Of a stretch of 64,000 nt of DNA, positions 1 through 12,500 are shown piece after piece; position 1 is the stretch's first letter, and each line of letters starts with the position of its first letter. The notes below the pieces were generated by a model, which had not been told where the DNA came from, did not search any database, and was given only the letters and a program-made list of their open reading frames with translations. The DNA is from Auanema rhodensis (taxonomy: Eukaryota > Animalia > Nematoda): assembly GCA_964057225.1 (NCBI GenBank), contig CAXKVF010000080.1, positions 186,001-250,000 of the forward strand, given 5' to 3'. The position numbers were made by a program, and so were the translations under genes.

Positions 1-82
1 TAACCATGACTTTGAAATTTACGTGAACTTTAATTTATGCTAATTAAATGTACACGTGATGTGCACTTGGTATGTAGCTCGC

Positions 83-92
83 TTCACGTGAA
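83..92. other. Perfect 10-bp palindrome TTCACGTGAA with a CACGTG E-box/G-box core, present in nearly every monomer (first copy shown)
   Basis: Read directly from the sequence. A second CACGTG lies at 53-58 and a TACGTG at 20-25. No function is demonstrated. Confidence 0.9.
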
Positions 93-170
93 AGATAAAG
101 AGATGCGGTTTTCAAAATTAGATTCCCCATGTCCATATTAGTCTAAAAACAAATTTTTATTGATATTGGT

Positions 171-185
171 TCATGGTAACCATGA
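171..185. other. Dyad TCATGGT-A-ACCATGA (7-bp arms, 1-nt spacer, contains a BstEII GGTNACC site), once per monomer (first complete copy shown)
   Basis: Read directly from the sequence. Arms shorten to 6 bp in GTG-subtype monomers, and the dyad is disrupted in the rare CATGCTAAC and TAATCATG variants. Confidence 0.9.
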
Positions 186-3100
186 CTTTGAATTTTACGT
201 GAACTTTAATTTATGCTAATTAAATGTACACGTGATGTGCACTTGGTATGTAACTCGCTTCACGTGAAAGATAAAGAAATGCGGTTTTCAAAATTAGATT
301 CCCCATGTCCATATTAGTCTAAAAACAAATTTTTATTGATATTGGTTCATGGTAACCATGACTTTGAAATTTACGTGAACTTTAATTTATGCTAATTAAA
401 TGTACACGTGATGTGCACTTGGTATGTAACTCGCTTCACGTGAAAGATAAAGAGATGCGGTTTTCAAAATTAGATTCCCCATGTCCATATTAGTCTAAAA
501 ACAAATTTTTATTGATATTGGTTCATGGTAACCATGACTTTGAATTTTACGTGAACTTTAATTTATGCTAATTAAATGTACACGTGATGTGCACTTGGTA
601 TGTAACTCGCTTCACGTGAAAGATAAAGAGATGCGGTTTTCAAAATTAGATTCCCCATGTCCATATTAGTCTAAAAACAAATTTTTATTGATATTGGTGC
701 ATGGTAACCATGACTTTGAAATTTACGTGAACTTTAATTTATGCTAATTAAATGTACACGTGATGTGCACTTGGTATGTAACTCGCTTCACGTGAAAGAT
801 GAAGAGATGCGGTTTTCAAAATTAGATTCCCCATGTCCATATTAGTCTAAAAACAAATTTTTATTGATATTGGTTCATGGTAACCATGACTTTGAAATTT
901 ACGTGAACTTTAATTTATGCTAATTAAATGTACACGTGATGTGCACTTGGTATGTAACTCGCTTCACGTGAAAGATAAAGAGATGCGGTTTTCAAAATTA
1001 GATTCCCCATGTCCATATTAGTCTAAAAACAAATTTTTATTGATATTGGTGCATGGTAACCATGACTTTGAAATTTACGTGAACTTTAATTTATGCTAAT
1101 TAAATGTACACGTGATGTGCACTTGGTATGTAACTCGCTTCACGTGAAAGATAAAGAGATTCGGTTTTCAAAATTAGATTCCCCATGTCCATATTAGTCT
1201 AAAAACAAATTTTTATTGATATTGGTTCATGGTAACCATGACTTTGAAATTTACGTGAACTTTAATTTATGCTAATTAAATGTACACGTGATGTGCACTT
1301 GGTATGTAACTCGCTTCACGTGAAAGATAAAGAGATGCGGTTTTCAAAATTAGATTCCCCATGTCCATATTAGTCTAAAAACAAATTTTTATTGATATTG
1401 GTGCATGGTAACCATGACTTTGAAATTTACGTGAACTTTAATTTATGCTAATTAAATGTACACGTGATGTGCACTTGGTATGTAACTCGCTTCACGTGAA
1501 AGATAAAGAGATGCGGTTTTCAAAATTAGATTCCCCATGTCCATATTAGTCTAAAAACAAATTTTTATTGATATTGGTTCATGGTAACCATGACTTTGAA
1601 ATTTACGTGAACTTTAATTAATGCTAATTAAATGTACACGTGATGTGCACTTGGTATGTAACTCGCTTCACGTGAAAGATAAAGAGATGCGGTTTTCAAA
1701 ATTAGATTCCCCATATCCATATTAGTCTAAAAACAAATTTTTATTGATATTGCTTCATGGTAACCATGACTTTGAAATTTACGTGAACTTTAATTTATGC
1801 TAATTAAATGTACACGTGATGTGCACTTGGTATGTAACTCGCTTCACGTGAAAGATAAAGAGATGCGGTTTTCAAAATTAGATTCCCCATGTCCATATTA
1901 GTCTAAAAACAAATTTTTATTGATATTGGTTCATGGTAACCATGACTTTGAATTTTACGTGAACTTTAATTTATGCTAATTAAATGTACACGTGATGTGC
2001 ACTTGGTATGTAACTCGCTTCACGTGAAAGATAAAGAGATGCGGTTTTCAAAATTAGATTCCCCATGTCCATATTAGTCTAAAAACAAATTTTTATTGAT
2101 ATTGGTTCATGGTAACCATGACTTTGAAATTTACGTGAACTTTAATTAATGCTAATTAAATGTACACGTGATGTGCACTTGGTATGTAACTCGCTTCACG
2201 TGAAAGATAAAGAGATGCGGTTTTCAAAATTAGATTCCCCATGTCCATATTAGTCTAAAAACAAATTTTTATTGATATTGCTTCATGGTAACCATGACTT
2301 TGAAATTTACGTGAACTTTAATTTATGCTAATTAAATGTACACGTGATGTGAACTTGGTATGTAACTCGCTTCACGTGAAAGATAAAGAGATGCGGTTTT
2401 CAAAATTAGATTCCCCATGTCCATATTAGTCTAAAAACAAATTTTTATTGATATTGGTTCATGGTAACCATGACTTTGAATTTTACGTGAACTTTAATTT
2501 ATGCTAATTAAATGTACACGTGATGTGCACTTGGTATGTAACTCGCTTCACGTGAAAGATAAAGAAATGCGGTTTTCAAAATTAGATTCCCCATGTCCAT
2601 ATTAGTCTAAAAACAAATTTTTATTGATATTGGTTCATGGTAACCATGACTTTGAAATTTACGTGAACTTTAATTTATGCTAATTAAATGTACACGTGAT
2701 GTGCACTTGGTATGTAACTCGCTTCACGTGAAAGATAAAGAGATGCGGTTTTCAAAATTAGATTCCCCATGTCCATATTAGTCTAAAAACAAATTTTTAT
2801 TGATATTGCTTCATGGTAACCATGACTTTGAAATTTACGTGAACTTTAATTTATGCTAATTAAATGTACACGTGATGTGCACTTGGTATGTAACTCGCTT
2901 CACGTGAAAGATAAAGAGATGCGGTTTTCAAAATTAGATTCCCCATGTCCATATTAGTCTAAAAACAAATTTTTATTGATATTGGTTCATGGTAACCATG
3001 ACTTTGAATTTTACGTGAACTTTAATTTATGCTAATTAAATGTACACGTGATGTGCACTTGGTATGTAACTCGCTTCACGTGAAAGATAAAGAAATGCGG

Positions 3101-3520
3101 TTTTCAAAATTAGATTCTCCATGTCCATATTAGTCTAAAAACAAATTTTTATTGATATTGGTTCATGGTAACCATGACTTTGAAATTTACGTGAACTTTA
3201 ATTTATGCTAATTAAATGTACACGTGATGTGCACTTGGTATGTAACTCGCTTCACGTGAAAGATAAAGAGATGCGGTTTTCAAAATTAGATTCCCCATGT
3301 CCATATTAGTCTAAAAACAAATTTTTATTGATATTGCTTCATGGTAACCATGACTTTGAAATTTACGTGAACTTTAATTTATGCTAATTAAATGTACACG
3401 TGATGTGCACTTGGTATGTAACTCGCTTCACGTGAAAGATAAAGAGATGCGGTTTTCAAAATTAGATTCCCCCTGTCCATATTAGTCTAAAAACAAATTT
3501 TTATTGATATTGCTTCATGG

Positions 3521-6500
3521 TAACCATGACTTTGAAATTTACGTGAACTTTAATTTATGCTAATTAAATGTACACGTGATGTGCACTTGGTATGTAACTC
3601 GCTTCACGTGAAAGATAAAGAGATGCGGTTTTCAAAATTAGATTCCCCATGTCCATATTAGTCTAAAAACAAATTTTTATTGATATTGCTTCATGGTAAC
3701 CATGACTTTGAAATTTACGTGAACTTTAATTTATGCTAATTAAATGTACACGTGATGTGCACTTGGTATGTAACTCGCTTCACGTGAAAGATAAAGAGAT
3801 GCGGTTTTCAAAATTAGATTCCCCATGTCCATATTAGTCTAAAAACAAATTTTTATTGATATTGGTGCATGGTAACCATGACTTTGAAATTTACGTGAAC
3901 TTTAATTTATGCTAATTAAATGTACACGTGATGTGCACTTGGTATGTAACTCGCTTCACGTGAAAGATAAAGAGATGCGGTTTTCAAAATTAGATTCCCC
4001 ATGTCCATATTAGTCTAAAAACAAATTTTTATTGATATTGGTTCATGGTAACCATGACTTTGAAATTTACGTGAACTTTAATTTATGCTAATTAAATGTA
4101 CACGTGATGTGCACTTGGTATGTAACTCGCTTCACGTGAAAGATAAAGAGATGCGGTTTCCAAAATTAGATTCCCCATGTCCATATTAGTCTAAAAACAA
4201 ATTTTTATTGATATTGCTTCATGGTAACCATGACTTTGAAATTTACGTGAACTTTAATTTATGCTAATTAAATGTACACGTGATGTGCACTTGGTATGTA
4301 ACTCGCTTCACGTGAAAGATGAAGAGATGCGGTTTTCAAAATTAGATTCCCCCTGTCCATATTAGTCTAAAAACAAATTTTTATTGATATTGGTGCATGG
4401 TAACCATGACTTTGAAATTTACGTGAACTTTAATTTATGCTAATTAAATGTACACGTGATGTGCACTTGGTATGTAACTCGCTTCACGTGAAAGATAAAG
4501 AGATGCGGTTTTCAAAATTAGATTCCCCATGTCCATATTAGTCTAAAAACAAATTTTTATTGATATTGGTGCATGGTAACCATGACTTTGAAATTTACGT
4601 GAACTTTAATTTATTCTAATTAAATGTACACGTGATGTGCACTTGGTATGTAACTCGCTTCACGTGAAAGATAAAGAGATGCGGTTTTCAAAATTAGATT
4701 CCCCATGTCCATATTAGTCTAAAAACAAATTTTTATTGATATTGGTGCATGGTAACCATGACTTTGAAATTTACGTGAACTTTAATTTATGCTAATTAAA
4801 TGTACACGTGATGTGCACTTGGTATGTAACTCGCTTCACGTGAAAGATAAAGAGATGCGGTTTTCAAAATTAGATTCCCCATGTCCATATTAGTCTAAAA
4901 ACAAATTTTTATTGATATTGGTTCATGGTAACCATGACTTTGAAATTTACGTGAACTTTAATTTATGCTAATTAAATGTACACGTGATGTGCACTTGGTA
5001 TGTAACTCGCTTCACGTGAAAGATAAAGAGATGCGGTTTTCAAAATTAGATTCCCCATGTCCATATTAGTCTAAAAACAAATTTTTATTGATATTGGTTC
5101 ATGGTAACCATGACTTTGAAATTTACGTGAACTTTAATTTATGCTAATTAAATGTACACGTGATGTGCACTTGGTATGTAACTCGCTTCACGTGAAAGAT
5201 AAAGAGATGCGGTTTTCAAAATTAGATTCCCCATGTCCATATTAGTCTAAAAACAAATTTTTATTGATATTGCTTCATGGTAACCATGACTTTGAAATTT
5301 ACGTGAACTTTAATTTATGCTAATTAAATGTACACGTGATGTGCACTTGGTATGTAACTCGCTTCACGTGAAAGATAAAGAGATGCGGTTTTCAAAATTA
5401 GATTCCCCATGTCCATATTAGTCTAAAAACAAATTTTTATTGATATTGGTTCATGGTAACCATGACTTTGAATTTTACGTGAACTTTAATTTATGCTAAT
5501 TAAATGTACACGTGATGTGCACTTGGTATGTAACTCGCTTCACGTGAAAGATAAAGAAATGCGGTTTTCAAAATTAGATTCCCCATGTCCATATTAGTCT
5601 AAAAACAAATTTTTATTGATATTGGTTCATGGTAACCATGACTTTGAAATTTACGTGAACTTTAATTTATGCTAATTAAATGTACACGTGATGTGCACTT
5701 GGTATGTAACTCGCTTCACGTGAAAGATAAAGAGATGCGGTTTTCAAAATTAGATTCCCCATGTCCATATTAGTCTAAAAACAAATTTTTATTGATATTG
5801 CTTCATGGTAACCATGACTTTGAAATTTACGTGAACTTTAATTTATGCTAATTAAATGTACACGTGATGTGCACTTGGTATGTAACTCGCTTCACGTGAA
5901 AGATAAAGAGATGCGGTTTTCAAAATTAGATTCCCCCTGTCCATATTAGTCTAAAAACAAATTTTTATTGATATTGCTTCATGGTAACCATGACTTTGAA
6001 ATTTACGTGAACTTTAATTTATGCTAATTAAATGTACACGTGATGTGCACTTGGTATGTAACTCGCTTCACGTGAAAGATAAAGAGATGCGGTTTTCAAA
6101 ATTAGATTCCCCATGTCCATATTAGTCTAAAAACAAATTTTTATTGATATTGCTTCATGGTAACCATGACTTTGAAATTTACGTGAACTTTAATTTATGC
6201 TAATTAAATGTACACGTGATGTGCACTTGGTATGTAACTCGCTTCACGTGAAAGATAAAGAGATGCGGTTTTCAAAATTAGATTCCCCATGTCCATATTA
6301 GTCTAAAAACAAATTTTTATTGATATTGCTTCATGGTAACCATGACTTTGAAATTTACGTGAACTTTAATTTATGCTAATTAAATGTACACGTGATGTGC
6401 ACTTGGTATGTAACTCGCTTCACGTGAAAGATAAAGAGATGCGGTTTTCAAAATTAGATTCCCCATGTCCATATTAGTCTAAAAACAAATTTTTATTGAT

Positions 6501-9500
6501 ATTGCTTCATGGTAACCATGACTTTGAAATTTACGTGAACTTTAATTTATGCTAATTAAATGTACACGTGATGTGCACTTGGTATGTAACTCGCTTCACG
6601 TGAAAGATAAAGAGATGCGGTTTTCAAAATTAGATTCCCCATGTCCATATTAGTCTAAAAACAAATTTTTATTGATATTGGTGCATGGTAACCATGACTT
6701 TGAAATTAACGTGAACTTTAATTTATGCTAATTAAATGTACACGTGATGTGCACTTGGTATGTAACTCGCTTCACGTGAAAGATAAAGAGATGCGGTTTT
6801 CAAAATTAGATTCCCCATGTCCATATTAGTCTAAAAACAAATTTTTATTGATATTGGTTCATGGTAACCATGACTTTGAAATTTACGTGAACTTTAATTT
6901 ATGCTAATTAAATGTACACGTGATGTGCACTTGGTATGTAACTCGCTTCACGTGAAAGATAAAGAGATGCGGTTTTCAAAATTAGATTCCCCATGTCCAT
7001 ATTAGTCTAAAAACAAATTTTTATTGATATTGCTTCATGGTAACCATGACTTTGAAATTTACGTGAACTTTAATTTATGCTAATTAAATGTACACGTGAT
7101 GTGCACTTGGTATGTAACTCGCTTCACGTGAAAGATAAAGAGATGCGGTTTTCAAAATTAGATTCCCCCTGTCCATATTAGTCTAAAAACAAATTTTTAT
7201 TGATATTGGTGCATGGTAACCATGACTTTGAAATTTACGTGAACTTTAATTTATGCTAATTAAATGTACACGTGATGTGCACTTGGTATGTAACTCGCTT
7301 CACGTGAAAGATAAAGAGATGCGGTTTTCAAAATTAGATTCCCCATGTCCATATTAGTCTAAAAACAAATTTTTATTGATATTGCTTCATGGTAACCATG
7401 ACTTTGAAATTTACGTGAACTTTAATTTATGCTAATTAAATGTACACGTGATGTGCACTTGGTATGTAACTCGCTTCACGTGAAAGATAAAGAGATGCGG
7501 TTTTCAAAATTAGATTCCCCATGTCCATATTATTCTAAAAACAAATTTTTATTGATATTGCTTCATGGTAACCATGACTTTGAAATTTACGTGAACTTTA
7601 ATTTATGCTAATTAAATGTACACGTGATGTGCACTTGGTATGTAACTCGCTTCACGTGAAAGATAAAGAGATGCGGTTTTCAAAATTAGATTCCCCATGT
7701 CCATATTAGTCTAAAAACAAATTTTTATTGATATTGGTGCATGGTAACCATGACTTTGAAATTTACGTGAACTTTAATTTATGCTAATTAAATGTACACG
7801 TGATGTGCACTTGGTATGTAACTCGCTTCACGTGAAAGATAAAGAGATGCGGTTTTCAAAATTAGATTCCCCATGTCCATATTAGTCTCAAAACAAATTT
7901 TTATTGATATTGGTTCATGGTAACCATGACTTTGAAATTTACGTGAACTTTAATTTATGCTAATTAAATGTACACGTGATGTGCACTTGGTATGTAACTC
8001 GCTTCACGTGAAAGATAAAGAGATGCGGTTTTCAAAATTAGATTCCCCATGTCCATATTAGTCTAAAAACAAATTTTTATTGATATTGGTGCATGGTAAC
8101 CATGACTTTGAAATTTACGTGAACTTTAATTTATGCTAATTAAATGTACACGTGATGTGCACTTGGTATGTAACTCGCTTCACGTGAAAGATAAAGAGAT
8201 GCGGTTTTCAAAATTAGATTCCCCATGTCCATATTAGTCTAAAAACAAATTTTTATTGATATTGGTTCATGGTAACCATGACTTTGAAATTTACGTGAAC
8301 TTTAATTTATGCTAATTAAATGTACACGTGATGTGCACTTGGTATGTAACTCGCTTCACGTGAAAGATAAAGAGATGCGGTTTTCAAAATTAGATTCCCC
8401 ATGTCCATATTAGTCTAAAAACAAATTTTTATTGATATTGCTTCATGGTAACCATGACTTTGAAATTTACGTGAACTTTAATTTATGCTAATTAAATGTA
8501 CACGTGATGTGCACTTGGTATGTAACTCGCTTCACGTGAAAGATAAAGAGATGCGGTTTTCAAAATTAGATTCCCCATGTCCATATTAGTCTAAAAACAA
8601 ATTTTTATTGATATTGCTTCATGGTAACCATGACTTTGAAATTTACGTGAACTTTAATTTATGCTAATTAAATGTACACGTGATGTGCACTTGGTATGTA
8701 ACTCGCTTCACGTGAAAGATAAAGAGATGCGGTTTTCAAAATTAGATTCCCCATGTCCATATTAGTCTAAAAACAAATTTTTATTGATATTGGTTCATGG
8801 TAACCATGACTTTGAAATTTACGTGAACTTTAATTTATGCTAATTAAATGTACACGTGATGTGCACTTGGTATGTAACTCGCTTCACGTGAAAGATAAAG
8901 AGATGCGGTTTTCAAAATTAGATTCCCCATGTCCATATTAGTCTAAAAACAAATTTTTATTGATATTGCTTCATGGTAACCATGACTTTGAAATTTACGT
9001 GAACTTTAATTTATGCTAATTAAATGTACACGTGATGTGCACTTGGTATGTAACTCGCTTCACGTGAAAGATAAAGAGATGCGGTTTTCAAAATTAGATT
9101 CCCCATGTCCATATTAGTCTAAAAACAAATTTTTATTGATATTGCTTCATGGTAACCATGACTTTGAAATTTACGTGAACTTTAATTTATGCTAATTAAA
9201 TGTACACGTGATGTGCACTTGGTATGTAACTCGCTTCACGTGAAAGATAAAGAGATGCGGTTTTCAAAATTAGATTCCCCATGTCCATATTAGTCTAAAA
9301 ACAAATTTTTATTGATATTGCTTCATGGTAACCATGACTTTGAAATTTACGTGAACTTTAATTTATGCTAATTAAATGTACACGTGATGTGCACTTGGTA
9401 TGTAACTCGCTTCACGTGAAAGATAAAGAGATGCGGTTTTCAAAATTAGATTCCCCATGTCCATATTAGTCTAAAAACAAATTTTTATTGATATTGGTGC

Positions 9501-12500
9501 ATGGTAACCATGACTTTGAAATTTACGTGAACTTTAATTTATGCTAATTAAATGTACACGTGATGTGCACTTGGTATGTAACTCGCTTCACGTGAAAGAT
9601 AAAGAGATGCGGTTTTCAAAATTAGATTCCCCATGTCCATATTAGTCTAAAAACAAATTTTTATTGATATTGGTTCATGGTAACCATGACTTTGAAATTT
9701 ACGTGAACTTTAATTTATGCTAATTAAATGTACACGTGATGTGCACTTGGTATGTAACTCGCTTCACGTGAAAGATAAAGAGATGCGGTTTTCAAAATTA
9801 GATTCCCCATGTCCATATTAGTCTAAAAACAAATTTTTATTGATATTGCTTCATGGTAACCATGACTTTGAAATTTACGTGAACTTTAATTTATGCTAAT
9901 TAAATGTACACGTGATGTGCACTTGGTATGTAACTCGCTTCACGTGAAAGATGAAGAGATGCGGTTTTCAAAATTAGATTCCCCCTGTCCATATTAGTCT
10001 AAAAACAAATTTTTATTGATATTGGTGCATGGTAACCATGACTTTGAAATTTACGTGAACTTTAATTTATGCTAATTAAATGTACACGTGATGTGCACTT
10101 GGTATGTAACTCGCTTCACGTGAAAGATAAAGAGATGCGGTTTTCAAAATTAGATTCCCCATGTCCATATTAGTCTAAAAACAAATTTTTATTGATATTG
10201 GTGCATGGTAACCATGACTTTGAAATTTACGTGAACTTTAATTTATTCTAATTAAATGTACACGTGATGTGCACTTGGTATGTAACTCGCTTCACGTGAA
10301 AGATAAAGAGATGCGGTTTTCAAAATTAGATTCCCCATGTCCATATTAGTCTAAAAACAAATTTTTATTGATATTGGTGCATGGTAACCATGACTTTGAA
10401 ATTTACGTGAACTTTAATTTATGCTAATTAAATGTACACGTGATGTGCACTTGGTATGTAACTCGCTTCACGTAAAAGATAAAGAGATGCGGTTTTCAAA
10501 ATTAGATTCCCCATGTCCATATTAGTCTAAAAACAAATTTTTATTGATATTGGTTCATGGTAACCATGACTTTGAAATTTACGTGAACTTTAATTTATGC
10601 TAATTAAATGTACACGTGATGTGCACTTGGTATGTAACTCGCTTCACGTGAAAGATAAAGAGATGCGGTTTTCAAAATTAGATTCCCCATGTCCATATTA
10701 GTCTAAAAACAAATTTTTATTGATATTGGTTCATGGTAACCATGACTTTGAAATTTACGTGAATTTTAATTTATGCTAATTAAATGTACACGTGATGTGC
10801 ACTTGGTATGTAACTCGCTTCACGTGAAAGATAAAGAGATGCGGTTTTCAAAATTAGATTCCCCATGTCCATATTAGTCTAAAAACAAATTTTTATTGAT
10901 ATTGCTTCATGGTAACCATGACTTTGAAATTTACGTGAACTTTAATTTATGCTAATTAAATGTACACGTGATGTGCACTTGGTATGTAACTCGCTTCACG
11001 TGAAAGATAAAGAGATGCGGTTTTCAAAATTAGATTCCCCATGTCCATATTAGTCTAAAAACAAATTTTTATTGATATTGGTTCATGGTAACCATGACTT
11101 TGAATTTTACGTGAACTTTAATTTATGCTAATTAAATGTACACGTGATGTGCACTTGGTATGTAACTCGTTTCACGTGAAAGATAAAGAAATGCGGTTTT
11201 CAAAATTAGATTCCCCATGTCCATATTAGTCTAAAAACAAATTTTTATTGATATTGGTTCATGGTAACCATGACTTTGAAATTTACGTGAACTTTAATTT
11301 ATGCTAATTAAATGTACACGTGATGTGCACTTGGTATGTAACTCGCTTCACGTGAAAGATAAAGAGATGCGGTTTTCAAAATTAGATTCCCCATGTCCAT
11401 ATTAGTCTAAAAACAAATTTTTATTGATATTGCTTCATGGTAACCATGACTTTGAAATTTACGTGAACTTTAATTTATGCTAATTAAATGTACACGTGAT
11501 GTGCACTTGGTATGTAACTCGCTTCACGTGAAAGATAAAGAGATGCGGTTTTCAAAATTAGATTCCCCCTGTCCATATTAGTCTAAAAACAAATTTTTAT
11601 TGATATTGCTTCATGGTAACCATGACTTTGAAATTTACGTGAACTTTAATTTATGCTAATTAAATGTACACGTGATGTGCACTTGGTATGTAACTCGCTT
11701 CACGTGAAAGATAAAGAGATGCGGTTTTCAAAATTAGATTCCCCATGTCCATATTAGTCTAAAAACAAATTTTTATTGATATTGCTTCATGGTAACCATG
11801 ACTTTGAAATTTACGTGAACTTTAATTTATGCTAATTAAATGTACACGTGATGTGCACTTGGTATGTAACTCGCTTCACGTGAAAGATAAAGAGATGCGG
11901 TTTTCAAAATTAGATTCCCCATGTCCATATTAGTCTAAAAACAAATTTTTATTGATATTGCTTCATGGTAACCATGACTTTGAAATTTACGTGAACTTTA
12001 ATTTATGCTAATTAAATGTACACGTGATGTGCACTTGGTATGTAACTCGCTTCACGTGAAAGATAAAGAGATGCGGTTTTCAAAATTAGATTCCCCATGT
12101 CCATATTAGTCTAAAAACAAATTTTTATTGATATTGGTTCATGGTAACCATGACTTTGAAATTTACGTGAACTTTAATTTATGCTAATTAAATGTACACG
12201 TGATGTGCACTTGGTATGTAACTCGCTTCACGTGAAAGATAAAGAGATGCGGTTTTCAAAATTAGATTCCCCATGTCCATATTAGTCTAAAAACAAATTT
12301 TTATTGATATTGCTTCATGGTAACCATGACTTTGAAATTTACGTGAACTTTAATTTATGCTAATTAAATGTACACGTGATGTGCACTTGGTATGTAACTC
12401 GCTTCACGTGAAAGATAAAGAGATGCGGTTTTCAAAATTAGATTCCCCATGTCCATATTAGTCTAAAAACAAATTTTTATTGATATTGGTTCATGGTAAC

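Noticed and set aside
76-110. CENP-B box
   Set aside because: The required TTCG-N4-A-N2-CGGG pattern is not present on either strand of the consensus.
1-176. Identity with Brassica CentBr (176 bp), Arabidopsis CEN178 or primate alpha satellite
   Set aside because: Only the length is similar. I recognise no shared sequence, and the HindIII AAGCTT site typical of the crucifer repeats is absent. A database search is needed to assign the family.
1-176. Tandem 5S rRNA, tRNA, snRNA or spliced-leader gene array
   Set aside because: No recognisable 5S or tRNA sequence, cloverleaf, or Pol III A/B/C boxes. An Infernal/Rfam scan would confirm.
7429-7611. 60-aa ORF MLIKCTRDVH... (identical copies at 14117-14299 and 14469-14651)
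   Set aside because: It is one satellite monomer in which the single in-frame TAG became TAT (7533, 14221, 14573). The three copies most likely derive from one mutation spread by duplication. About 99% of monomers keep the stop, 176 is not a multiple of 3, and I recognise no protein domain.
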